This document shows positions 21,316-29,689 of a stretch of 40,565 nt of DNA, piece by piece (position 1 is the first letter of the stretch; each line of letters opens with the position of its first letter). The notes beneath the pieces are model-generated. The model saw only the letters and a program-made list of their open reading frames with translations, had not been told where the DNA came from and searched no databases. Origin of the DNA: an uncultured Gemmatimonadaceae bacterium (lineage in GTDB: Bacteria; Gemmatimonadota; Gemmatimonadetes; Gemmatimonadales; Gemmatimonadaceae); the NCBI GenBank assembly GCA_964385525.1, contig CAYLPM010000199.1, forward strand, positions 1 to 40,565, read 5' to 3'. The translations under genes were made by a program, and so were the position numbers.

Positions 21316-21858
21316 TCAGTTCCTGCCGTTGCCGACCCCTGCCTGCTCCGACAGCAGGCGCGTCGTGTAGCGCTGCCCCTCGGAGATCCGCTCGATCTCG
21401 ACCGCCATCGTCTCCACCGCGTGCTCGATACGCTCCAGGCGATCGACCACCTCACCCGCCGGGAGCGCGGCGGCTGCCGACTGCCGATCCATCCGCCGTG
21501 CCGTGGCGCGCGCGATCGGAAAGGCGATCACGATGAGGAAGATGAGCGCGAGCGAGCCGAGCACGAGGCCGAGCAGTTCGCCGGGGATGTGCGGCGGAAA
21601 GATGAACGGCTCCTGGAATCCCTGGAACGCCGCCCCCACGCCCGACACGATGTCCGCGTCGATGGCTTTGAGATGCTCGAGCTGCTCGAGGTGTTCCAAC
21701 TGCTCCAGCTGCTTCAGTTGCTGGATCCGCTCGACGAGGTCCTCCATGCCGGGCGGCGCCTCCATCGGCACCCCCTCCGCGGGCGGCGGGGGCGGTACCG
21801 CGGGCGCTTGCGCTGGTGCTGGTGCTTGTACGACAGTCTGGACGAAAGGATTCGGCAT
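21316..21858 (-). CDS. Small single-pass membrane protein: Pro/Ala-rich N-terminus, QLxQLExL repeat, TM helix, coiled C-terminus
   Basis: The listed ORF 21316..21900 starts at GTG. The internal ATG at 21858 has a GAGG RBS 5 nt upstream (ttcGAGGtcgatATG). TM segment LLGLVLGSLALIFLIVIAFPI. The C-terminal VVDRLERIEHAVETMAVEIERISEGQRY loosely resembles the PspB-like architecture. Confidence 0.6.
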   Translation of the reverse strand: MPNPFVQTVVQAPAPAQAPAVPPPPPAEGVPMEAPPGMEDLVERIQQLKQLEQLEHLEQLEHLKAIDADIVSGVGAAFQGFQEPFIFPPHIPGELLGLVLGSLALIFLIVIAFPIARATARRMDRQSAAAALPAGEVVDRLERIEHAVETMAVEIERISEGQRYTTRLLSEQAGVGNGRN

Positions 21859-22007
21859 ATCGACCTCGAAAACACGGACCATCAGCGAAGAGCTTCCCAC
21901 CCTACGGCGCCGGGAGGCGCGGGGTTCCAGAAGGGCGGGTTGCTACGAAGCGCCCGTCGTTCGTCCTCCCCGCGGCGTCGCGGGGCAGCTCACTGGCGAG
22001 CTGAAAG

Positions 22008-22748
22008 CTACCGTCCCAGCGCTGCCAGGGCAGCGGGGAGTGCGAGCCTCGCCCACCGCGTGTATTGCGCCCCCGAAGGGTGCAGGCCATCCCCGGCAAC
22101 CAGCGTCGAGTCCCTTGCCGCCTCGCGCGAGACGGGCGTCACGTCGACGTACCACGCACCGGCACGCTGCGCCTCCTCTCGATTGATCGCATTGAAGGCG
22201 TCGATCTCAGTCGCGATCTGGTCGCGGTCCCGGCCCTCGGCGAACGGCATCACGCCCCAATCGGGGATCGAGAGCACGATCACGCGCTCCGCGTCGCCGC
22301 CGGCGAATCCGATCGACTGATCGAGTCGCTCGCGAAACTGCACGCGATATTCCGCGGCACCGCGTCCGCGGTACTGGTTGTTCACGCCGATCAACAGCGA
22401 CACCAGCTCGAACGAACCCTCGGGTCGCCGCTCGGCGATCCCTGCGGCCAGCTCGTCCGTCGTCCACCCGGTACGCGCTATGATCTGGACGGACTGCACG
22501 TTCACGCCGCGCTCGCGGAGCATCTCGCCCAGCTGCACAGGCCAGCGCTCCGGCTCTGGGACGCTCTCGCCGATGGTGTACGAGTCACCAAGCGCGAGGA
22601 AGTTCACGGGCGTCGAGTCGATTGGTGTGGCGGATGCTCCCGAGTCCGAGCCGCCACCGTCGCCGCCTCTGCCCGCGCACGCGGCGAGCGAGATCGAAAG
22701 GAACGCCATCAGTGCGAGCCAGTTCTCGGAGCGCTCGGCTGCGAGCAT
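22008..22748 (-). CDS. SGNH/GDSL-family hydrolase, predicted lipoprotein
   Basis: The ATG at 22748 is preceded by GGAGGA (ggaggaagacgggtATG). The signal/lipobox is MLAAERSENWLALMAFLSISLAAC. SGNH blocks are ALGDSYTIGESV, GVNNQY and DGLHPS. Confidence 0.88.
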   Translation of the reverse strand: MLAAERSENWLALMAFLSISLAACAGRGGDGGGSDSGASATPIDSTPVNFLALGDSYTIGESVPEPERWPVQLGEMLRERGVNVQSVQIIARTGWTTDELAAGIAERRPEGSFELVSLLIGVNNQYRGRGAAEYRVQFRERLDQSIGFAGGDAERVIVLSIPDWGVMPFAEGRDRDQIATEIDAFNAINREEAQRAGAWYVDVTPVSREAARDSTLVAGDGLHPSGAQYTRWARLALPAALAALGR

Positions 22749-22820
22749 ACCCGTCTTCCTCCGTCGGAGTGTCAGCGGTCGCACGCGCGCGGCGCGTGGA
22801 GCAGGTCGGGTGAAGTGCGC

Positions 22821-23045
22821 TCAACGGCGCCAGCGCAGCTGGAACTCGAGCTCGTCGAGTCCGCCTGCGCGTTCGTGCTCGATGTTGAACTCCGCGCCGG
22901 CTGGTATCCGCAGCGCCTCGCCGGCCACCTGGATCGAGAAGGGACGTCCCTTCTCGATCGCGTCGGCAAGGCGGCGAAGCTTTGCGGCGAACTGGCGGGC
23001 GGTGTAGGTGCGCTCGAGATCGCGAGGGGAACGGCGTGCAGGCAT
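22821..23045 (-). CDS. Amphi-Trp domain-containing small protein
   Basis: 74 aa. AAKLRRLADAIEKGRPFSIQVAGEALRIPAGAEFNIEHERAGGLDELEFQLRW fits the amphi-Trp domain pattern as I remember it. Confidence 0.7.
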   Translation of the reverse strand: MPARRSPRDLERTYTARQFAAKLRRLADAIEKGRPFSIQVAGEALRIPAGAEFNIEHERAGGLDELEFQLRWRR

Positions 23046-23075
23046 GGGTGGGAGTGGAGGAGTGAGGGAGAATGG

Positions 23076-23511
23076 TCAGTCAGGCTGCGAATCCGCAGAG
23101 GGGAGGCGTGTCAGCGATTTCCTGAGATAGTACTGCCGGTGCCCTGGCGGGTAGTCCTCGAGGATTCCGAAGATGCTGTATCCCTCACGTTCGTAGAAGG
23201 GGAGGGCCTGGAAGTCGAGGGTGTCGAGATACACGTGTCCGCATCCCCGCTGCGCCGCCTCCTCCTCGGCCGCGATACGCGTCGTCGACCCAGAGCAGAT
23301 CGACGTGGAGCCATTTCCACCCCGTCTCGCCGACGAGTCCACCCACCACGGTGCCGGCGTCGCTGCGTGCGGCGACCGTCAGTGGACGGAAGTCGGGCGC
23401 CTCGGCGTTCCGGCGGTTGAAGCGCCGAAGACCGTCGAGCACGAGCTCGCGAGTCGCCGCCGCGGGCTCCTGCTCGATGCGAATCGAGATCGCTCCATCG
23501 AGGTCCGGCAC
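23076..23511 (-). pseudogene. GNAT N-acetyltransferase disrupted by a frame-shifting deletion at ~23268-23277
   Basis: The N-terminal half is in ORF 23185..23511 (...GWKWLHVDLLWVDDAYRG). The C-terminal half is in another frame, ORF 23076..23342 (...AAEEEAAQRGCGHVYLDTLDFQALPFYEREGYSIFG...). The two homology segments abut with no room for the R/Q-x-x-G-x-G/A acetyl-CoA loop. Confidence 0.7.
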
Positions 23512-23534
23512 GCGTGGCGTTCTAACGGACGACG

Positions 23535-24512
23535 CTATTGCGCGCGCTCGCGCGCGCTCAGCCCGCGGATGGCACCCTCGATCATGCGGTTCACGGCCGC
23601 GATCGACAGACCGTCCTCGTCCCGCATCGGGATGGTCGCGAAGCCGATCGCCGATGCCTTCGGGTAGCGTTTGAAGATCTCCTCGAACAGCCGCGCGAGC
23701 TGCTCGCTCGACGGTCCGTTCGGGACCTTGTTGCCGTGGCCCATGACTTCGCGCGGGTCGAGGACATCCATGTCGATGTGCACGTAGATCTTGTCGCTGA
23801 TGCGGTCGAGGCGGTCGAGCTGGGCGAACACCGCGGGCGACATCGTCCGCAGGTCATCGACGCTGAGCTGCTCGATGCGCGACTCGTCGATGATGTGCTG
23901 CTCGAGCGGATCGTTGAGGCGTACGCCGCCCATCACCACGTGACGATCCGAGAGCGGCACCTCGAGCTTGGCGTCCCGCCGGATCACGTGCAGCGCGCGC
24001 CCGGTCGCGACGGCCACCGGCATCCCGCCAAGCGATCCGCTGCGCGTCGTCTCCGGGGTGTTGATGTCGCCGTGCGCGTCCAGCCAGAGCATCCCGATGC
24101 GGATCGGCTCGTGCGTCGGTCCGGAGCGCTGGAGTCCGGCGACGAGCCCCGGCATCGACGGACACGTGGCGAGCAGTCCGACGGTGAAGTAGCCCTCGCG
24201 CTCGTTCCGCTCGACGATGTCCGCGAAGTGGCCGAGGGCCATGCCGAGCCGCTTCCACCCGCCATACTCGGCGTCCTGTTCGCTCGTCAGCGCGGCGGCA
24301 TCGACGCGCACGCTCGCCCCAAGACCGCCGAGGATCTGCTGGATGCCGCCCGTCGCCATCCGGTCGGGGCCGGCCGAGATGCCGTTGGGGGAGAAGGGCT
24401 GTTTGGAGAGCGCGACGCGCAGCGTGCCATCGGCCGCCGTATACCGTTGGGCGTCGGCGACGGCCGCGGCGGCGAGAAGCAGCGCGAATGCGGAGGCGAG
24501 AGTCGAGCGCAT
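23535..24512 (-). CDS. Arginase/agmatinase/formiminoglutamase (ureohydrolase) fold protein with a Sec signal peptide and an atypical first metal motif
   Basis: Signal MRSTLASAFALLLAAAAVADA/Q. Ureohydrolase blocks LWLDAHGDINTPETTRSGSLGGMP and YVHIDMDVLDP are present. The position expected for GGDHS reads GLLATCPS. Confidence 0.82.
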   Translation of the reverse strand: MRSTLASAFALLLAAAAVADAQRYTAADGTLRVALSKQPFSPNGISAGPDRMATGGIQQILGGLGASVRVDAAALTSEQDAEYGGWKRLGMALGHFADIVERNEREGYFTVGLLATCPSMPGLVAGLQRSGPTHEPIRIGMLWLDAHGDINTPETTRSGSLGGMPVAVATGRALHVIRRDAKLEVPLSDRHVVMGGVRLNDPLEQHIIDESRIEQLSVDDLRTMSPAVFAQLDRLDRISDKIYVHIDMDVLDPREVMGHGNKVPNGPSSEQLARLFEEIFKRYPKASAIGFATIPMRDEDGLSIAAVNRMIEGAIRGLSARERAQ

Positions 24513-24572
24513 GTGGGGGATCCTGGAGAGTGCTCCCTACATCTACCGCGAATCGCGCCCCATCGCCAATCG

Positions 24573-25040
24573 TCAGTCGGTCCTGTCGCGCACCTGCTCG
24601 GATTGCCGGGTGCGCCGGGCATCCATCGCGACGTGATCGACGCGCGGCTCGGGCAATTCCCGCGGCTTCGCACCGGCGGCGGAGCTCCCGGCATCGGCGG
24701 GCTGTGACACCTGGATGCCGGCGCCCGCCGCGCCGAGACGCGGCCGGAGGATCAGCCAGGCGAGCCACAGAAGGAGCGGGGGACCGGCGACCCAGAGCGC
24801 CATCGCGCCGAGTGATGTCGTGCCCGACCAGACCGTCGTGGCTCCCTCGACCACGGTGAGGTACGCGACGCCGTCATCGATTCCGGCGGACACCGTCCCG
24901 GGCCTCGCGGGATCGCCTGCGAAGCGCGACACCTCGAGCGCGGCCGGCCCGAAGGTGACTGCCGCGAGACCCGCCAGGTAGGTGCCCCATGCCGCGAGAA
25001 TGTGTGGCGGCCGCCAGGTGCGGAGAGAGAGCAGCTTCAT
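24573..25040 (-). CDS. Hypothetical membrane protein (two predicted TM segments)
   Basis: ATG start, high GC3, hydrophobic segments ILAAWGTYLAGLAAVTF and LGAMALWVAGPPLLLWLAWLIL. I recognised no family. Confidence 0.55.
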   Translation of the reverse strand: MKLLSLRTWRPPHILAAWGTYLAGLAAVTFGPAALEVSRFAGDPARPGTVSAGIDDGVAYLTVVEGATTVWSGTTSLGAMALWVAGPPLLLWLAWLILRPRLGAAGAGIQVSQPADAGSSAAGAKPRELPEPRVDHVAMDARRTRQSEQVRDRTD

Positions 25041-25215
25041 TTCACGCCGTGCGAGTGCGACGCCCTGCGGGTGGCGCCGGGAGATCCAATGCGGAGAACG
25101 ACATGCAGGAGAGCGTCATCGTCCGAGAACGTAACGGTACTGCCGATCGGCCGAGGAGGTTCCAATCGGACTCATGTCCGAGGCGGCGTCGATCCAGCGG
25201 CGGAGGCCTGGCCGC

Positions 25216-26313
25216 TCAGGCAGTGGGCCGAACCGCGACGACCGTGTGGCCCGCCCGGCGCAGCGCCGCGAGCGCCGGCGGCACATCGCGTTCGCGCACG
25301 AGCAAGTAATCCGTGTCGTACGTCGCGATCGGAAGGACCGGCACCCCTGCCTCGGCGAGCGGTCCGGCGAGCGACGCGATCACGCCGACGAGCGTCAGGG
25401 GCAGCGGGCCCTCGACTCGCAGCACGCGATAGCCGCGCTGCGCCGACACCGTCGGTGGCACCACGTGCTCATCGGCCATGATCGAGAGCTCCGTCGGGGT
25501 GCGACTGACCGTCAGGAAGTGGATGGCCTCGGCGGTCCACGCGGGCACGGGGGCGTCGACGGGTGCCTGGCACAGCGCGACGCGGGTCGGCAGGAGTGCG
25601 ATGGCGAGGGCGTGCACGGTATCCGGGGAACGAGGTGCGTCTCGGTGCGCCACCACGAACGGCGTCCCTGCCGACGCGCGCGCGAGGAATGTGAGTCCCC
25701 AGATCGGCGTGAGCACGATCGCCACTCGCTCGAAGCTTCCGGCGAATCCGCTTGGCTGCGTACTCCAGATCGCGTAGATCGTGACGCACACGACGATCAG
25801 GAGGGCCATGATCCGCGAGTACGCCGCCCAGCCGCGCCAGTGCGGATCGTCCGTGAAGCGCGATGCCATCACCACGAGTCCGAGAGCCAGACACGCGACG
25901 CCCACGGCGGCGGCGAACAGATGGACCAGCCCGAGCGGTGTCGGCCCCGTCAGCGCCAACCGCGCCGGATCGTAGCCCGGTGCGGGGTCCTGCCGGACGA
26001 ATCCGCACACGACTATGCTGACGCCCGCGATGCCCGTGAGCACGGGATACATCGTCTCGCCTCGTCCGCCGGCGAGAATCCTCCGCCAGACCACGACCGT
26101 GGCGAGAATGACGGCGCCAAGGACGATCATGTTGATCTGATGTACCCACCCGCCCGGACCGAGGCTCAGCGCACTGACGGATTGATGCCAGGCATCAAAT
26201 CCGTCTCGTGTTGCCCCGGCGACCAGGGAAATCACCATGAACAGCATCATGCCGCTGAGCGCGAACCACAGCCGCAGCAGGTCCCTGCGCGGAACGGGCA
26301 TCGTGTCGCTCAT
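25216..26313 (-). CDS. Fusion protein: DUF998-like multi-TM domain plus a C-terminal ACT_7-type ACT domain
   Basis: The ATG at 26313 (MSDTMPVPRRDLL...) overlaps the upstream gene's TGA (ATGA). The rest of listed ORF 25216..26616 is upstream read-through. The DUF998-like block is WHQSVSALSLGPGGWVHQINMIVLGAVIL. The ACT_7-like block is FLTVSRTPTELSIMADEHV...GYRVLRVEGPLPLTLVGVIASLAGPLAEAGVPVLPIATYDTDYLLV. Confidence 0.75.
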   Translation of the reverse strand: MSDTMPVPRRDLLRLWFALSGMMLFMVISLVAGATRDGFDAWHQSVSALSLGPGGWVHQINMIVLGAVILATVVVWRRILAGGRGETMYPVLTGIAGVSIVVCGFVRQDPAPGYDPARLALTGPTPLGLVHLFAAAVGVACLALGLVVMASRFTDDPHWRGWAAYSRIMALLIVVCVTIYAIWSTQPSGFAGSFERVAIVLTPIWGLTFLARASAGTPFVVAHRDAPRSPDTVHALAIALLPTRVALCQAPVDAPVPAWTAEAIHFLTVSRTPTELSIMADEHVVPPTVSAQRGYRVLRVEGPLPLTLVGVIASLAGPLAEAGVPVLPIATYDTDYLLVRERDVPPALAALRRAGHTVVAVRPTA

Positions 26314-26885
26314 GACCGCAGGAACTCGTCCCGGGTGAGCTCCCAGACCATCGTGGGCCTCGGATTGCCTTCCGGCGTGACGGCATCGTGCTGGAGAGTC
26401 GCCACGTGCCGGTAGCCGAGCCGGCGCGGGACGCCCGCGCTCGCGACGTTGCGTGGATCGCACCGGATCTCGAGGCGCTCGATCTCCGGATGCGCGAACG
26501 CCGTTTCCGTGAGCGCCCCCGCCGCTTCCGTCGCGTACCCGCGCCGGCACAGCACGCGCTGCACCCAGTATCCGATCTCGAGCGAGCCCAGGCCAATGCG
26601 TGGGTGCAGGCCGCACCCACCGATCAGCGTCTCCTCATCCGCGGAGAAGATGCCGAAGAGCCATTCCGATCCGGCCGTGAAGTCCGCCGCGAAGCGGGCC
26701 AGACGCTCCTCGATCACCGGCAGCGGCGACGGTTCGCCGATCGCCCAGGGCATCCAGGCGCGCAGGTGCTCCAGGTTCGCATCGAGGGCAGCCTTCAACC
26801 GTGGCGCGTCGGAGACCTGCCACGATCGAAGAACCAGCCGGCTCGTCGCGATGCACTCCGGAATGTCGGACTCGATGCGCGACAT
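26310..26885 (-). CDS. GNAT N-acetyltransferase, RimJ/RimL-like
   Basis: MSRIESDIPECIATSRLVLRSWQVSDAPRLKAAL..., then LEIGYWVQRVLCRRGYATEAAGALTETAF and RLEIRCDPRNVASAGVPRRLGY. I prefer the ATG at 26885 to the GTG at 26972, because the GTG start would overlap the upstream peptidase gene by 32 nt. Confidence 0.82.
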   Translation of the reverse strand: MSRIESDIPECIATSRLVLRSWQVSDAPRLKAALDANLEHLRAWMPWAIGEPSPLPVIEERLARFAADFTAGSEWLFGIFSADEETLIGGCGLHPRIGLGSLEIGYWVQRVLCRRGYATEAAGALTETAFAHPEIERLEIRCDPRNVASAGVPRRLGYRHVATLQHDAVTPEGNPRPTMVWELTRDEFLRS

Positions 26886-26940
26886 GACACGTGTGGTGTG
26901 CGTGACGAAAGAGCCCGGACTCGTCGATGGTCGCGCCGGC

Positions 26941-27936
26941 TCATTCCAGCGCCATTCCCGACTCCGAGGCACCGCGGACGATGGTCCACAGCCAGTCGGC
27001 GTAGGCCGCCGTCCCGACCCATGGGAAGTCCGCCCGCCACTCGTCGGATGGCTGATGATAATGGTCGAACCGGCTCATGGCCTCCGCGCGCGCTGCCTCG
27101 CTGTACCCCTTCCACGCCGCGCCGGGAATCGGGAAGAGGATCGGAACCCCGTGCTGCGAGAACATGAAGACGTCCGAGATCGGACGCGGCGCGGTCGACG
27201 TGGTCGTCCATCCACGCGCGCGAGCTAGCGAGTCGGCGAGCCGGGCACCGGGATGCTCCGGGAGCGCGCCCATGAGCTGCCACTCGATCGCTTCGCCGGC
27301 CGGGGAGCCGGCGTCGACGCCGACGAGCAGGCGGAGCCGGCGGAGGACGGGCGGCGCATCGTGCCGCGCGACCAGGGCCCGTGCTACAAGCAGCCCCTGC
27401 TCCTCGAGGTTGAAGAACATCACGGCGAGCGGACGATCGCCCGGGAACCGGGCGTATCGCGCCGCGACGTCCAGGACCATCGCCATGGGGACCGCCGCAT
27501 CGAGGAAGCCGTTGTGCACGGAGTCTCCTGATGCATCGGGCTCGCCGATGCCGAGGTGATCCAGGTGCGCTGTGATGCCGACGAGCTCTCCGGCGGTCGT
27601 GCCGTGGCGGCCCGGCAGCACTCCGACGACGTTGTACACGGTGTCCCGCGGGCGCGCCGCCGTGGTGAACGGCACGAGCAGGCTGGTTCCGAAGAGCGGC
27701 CGGGCCCGGAGTCGCTCGAGCTGCGCGGCAAGCCGGCGAGCGACTCGCTCGTTCTCCGCCGTCCATGGCCCGCGACCACGCAGGGAGTCCGCGGCCAGGG
27801 CGCGCGCCATGGTGGCGATCGCCACCGTGTCCACGTGTGTCGGATCGCGCCGTCCGTCGGGCGGGACCTCGAGCGAGGGGGCGCGCTGCACGCATGACGC
27901 GATCACCACGAGCGCGGCCGCGGTCGGGATCCGCAT
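26941..27936 (-). CDS. M28-family metallopeptidase (aminopeptidase-like), predicted lipoprotein
   Basis: Signal/lipobox MRIPTAAALVVIASC. M28-like ligand blocks are GITAHLDHLG, NGFLDAAVPMAMVLDVA, FFNLEEQGLL and DHYHQPSDE. Confidence 0.8.
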   Translation of the reverse strand: MRIPTAAALVVIASCVQRAPSLEVPPDGRRDPTHVDTVAIATMARALAADSLRGRGPWTAENERVARRLAAQLERLRARPLFGTSLLVPFTTAARPRDTVYNVVGVLPGRHGTTAGELVGITAHLDHLGIGEPDASGDSVHNGFLDAAVPMAMVLDVAARYARFPGDRPLAVMFFNLEEQGLLVARALVARHDAPPVLRRLRLLVGVDAGSPAGEAIEWQLMGALPEHPGARLADSLARARGWTTTSTAPRPISDVFMFSQHGVPILFPIPGAAWKGYSEAARAEAMSRFDHYHQPSDEWRADFPWVGTAAYADWLWTIVRGASESGMALE

Positions 27937-27941
27937 CGCCC

Positions 27942-28361
27942 TCAGGCCGTATGCGTCCGGGTGACGTGCTCGACGGACTCGTTGATCAGTTGCTCGAGCA
28001 CCTCGAGATCGACATCGGCGAGCTTCCTGACGTACAGACAGGACTTGCCCGTCTTGTACTTGCCGAGGCGCTGCATCAGGCTTTCGTAGCGGGTGAAGCC
28101 GGCCATGATGTAGAGCGTCAGCGCGCCCTTCCTGGGCGAGAAGCCGGTCAGGAACCAGTCACCTTCGCGACCGCTCGCGTACTTGTAGTGGTAGTCGCCG
28201 AAGCCGACGATGCTGGGCCCCCACATCTTCGGCTCGCTCTTCGTCGCGCCCTTCATCAGCCCGAGCAGCGTGCGGCAGTCCCGGCGGCGCGTCTCGTCGG
28301 CGATGTCGTCGAGAAATGCGTCGACGTCGACAGTGGTGGGCTTGGTCTTCAGCTCTGCCAT
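27942..28361 (-). CDS. DUF1801 (YdhG-like) domain protein
   Basis: VDAFLDDIADETRRRDCRTLLGLMKGATKSEPKMWGPSIVGFGDYHYKYASGREGDWFLTGFSPRKGALTLYI is the typical DUF1801 pattern. The stop lies 5 nt before the M28 start. Confidence 0.85.
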   Translation of the reverse strand: MAELKTKPTTVDVDAFLDDIADETRRRDCRTLLGLMKGATKSEPKMWGPSIVGFGDYHYKYASGREGDWFLTGFSPRKGALTLYIMAGFTRYESLMQRLGKYKTGKSCLYVRKLADVDLEVLEQLINESVEHVTRTHTA

Positions 28362-28450
28362 GATGAATTCGTCGGGATGCGGACTCGATCTCGGAGAACC
28401 CTACCGAACGCGTGAAGAATGCAGGGCGGCGCGACCGGCCGCAACGCACC

Positions 28451-28969
28451 TCAGGCAGGTGGCGCATCGAACGCGGCCGCGACGGCTTCGTAGCGCTCGT
28501 CCGTCAGCCACTCGGCGAGGCGGGTCAGCGCCTCCGCACCGGCGTGCGCAAGCCACGACTTCACGTGCGAGGGATACCCCGATTCGGCGATCACCGACAG
28601 CAGGCCGGTCCGCGAGATGATCCCTGAGCGATGTCGCGAGACGATGACCGCGAAGCGATCCTGGTCCAGGATCAACGGCAGGAGCTCGAACGTGAGCTCG
28701 GCGCTCCGCGTCCGGTGCAGGCAGCCGACGATGCGCCGCGCGCGCGTCCGCACGGCATCGCTGTCGACGGACTCGGACTCGAACAGGTAGACGATTCGCC
28801 AGAAGAGACGCGTCTCGGCGTGCGCGTGATCCCACGGCGCGCTGTCGCTGGCCTCGACATCGAGCGGGTCCGCGGTGAGCACCGGCAGCAGTCGCGCATG
28901 AATCGCTTCCAGGTCCAGCCGGCCATCGGCATACGTGTCGAGTAGCGTCGCGAGGTCGTCGAGGTTCAT
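28451..28969 (-). CDS. Hypothetical cytosolic protein (172 aa), probably all-alpha, no recognised family
   Basis: ATG start, strong GC3 bias, no TM segment or signal peptide. The sequence is MNLDDLATLLDTYADGRLDLEAIHARLLPVL... Confidence 0.6.
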   Translation of the reverse strand: MNLDDLATLLDTYADGRLDLEAIHARLLPVLTADPLDVEASDSAPWDHAHAETRLFWRIVYLFESESVDSDAVRTRARRIVGCLHRTRSAELTFELLPLILDQDRFAVIVSRHRSGIISRTGLLSVIAESGYPSHVKSWLAHAGAEALTRLAEWLTDERYEAVAAAFDAPPA

Positions 28970-29120
28970 CGTGCGCGAGATCCCCTCGTGTGACCGGGCG
29001 CTCGAGAGGCGCGCCGTTCCGGCGAGCCCCGGCGCTGAATCGGCCGATCATGCCTGGCCTTGCGGGACGCCTGCCTCGCGACGAGCGGCGGCCGAGGCCT
29101 TTCGCCGATGACGGCGAGCC

Positions 29121-29642
29121 TCAGGAGATCCAGTCCATGCGGCACTCGGTGATCTCCCACCCGCCATCCAGCCGCCGCCCCGTACACGTCCAGCCGGCGG
29201 CGGAGAGCCCATGCTCGTAGTATCCGAGTTCGACCGTGAACGAGCCGTCGGCGGCGAAGCGGGGATCCGATGCCGACACACGGATGCCGCGCCGTCCGGT
29301 GAGCGGATCGACGATCAACGGCGGACCCGGAGGTGCATTGTCGAGCGGCTGCTGTTCGCACGCCGAGATGGGTTGAACGATGAGCGAGTCGATCTCCCGC
29401 AGGTGTGCGAGGACCGCCTCGGGCGGGTCCGTCCACTCGCGAACGCCGTGAGCGACGCACACGAGGCGCGGGTGCGAAGCACGATACGAGGTCCGCGTCC
29501 CGTGCTCGACGGCCGTCGTGAAGATCACGATCGCGAGCTGGAGACTGTCCGCCTCGGACAAAGGTCCCACGGTGCGGCCGGATGACCATTTCGCGCATCC
29601 GGGGGACGGGACGAGTCCGACCAGCAGGACCCACGCGATCAT
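29121..29642 (-). CDS. Hypothetical lipoprotein (173 aa from ATG 29642)
   Basis: Listed ORF 29121..29687 starts at TTG. The in-frame ATG gives MIAWVLLVGLVPSPGC, a signal plus lipobox-like Cys. The mature part contains several Cys. Confidence 0.6.
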   Translation of the reverse strand: MIAWVLLVGLVPSPGCAKWSSGRTVGPLSEADSLQLAIVIFTTAVEHGTRTSYRASHPRLVCVAHGVREWTDPPEAVLAHLREIDSLIVQPISACEQQPLDNAPPGPPLIVDPLTGRRGIRVSASDPRFAADGSFTVELGYYEHGLSAAGWTCTGRRLDGGWEITECRMDWIS

Positions 29643-29689
29643 GCCGCGGCGATGGATGGCACGCACGTAAGGTGGCGCGCTCCGCAAGG

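Noticed and set aside
25041-25215. The GGTTCCAATC-containing stretch considered as a possible tRNA T-arm
   Set aside because: The flanking bases do not form a T-stem (GGAGG versus CGGAC), and I could not build an acceptor or anticodon stem.
21268-26415. Plus-strand ORFs 21268..22320, 22065..23420, 23538..24707 and 25174..26415
   Set aside because: All lie opposite minus-strand genes that have clear family motifs or signal peptides. Their translations are Arg/Asp/His-rich with no domains.
26886-26972. GTG-initiated 29-codon extension of the RimJ-like GNAT
   Set aside because: It would overlap the M28 peptidase gene by 32 nt and add a non-homologous Arg/Trp-rich leader. ATG 26885 gives the N-terminus typical of the family. 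The GTG start remains a possibility.
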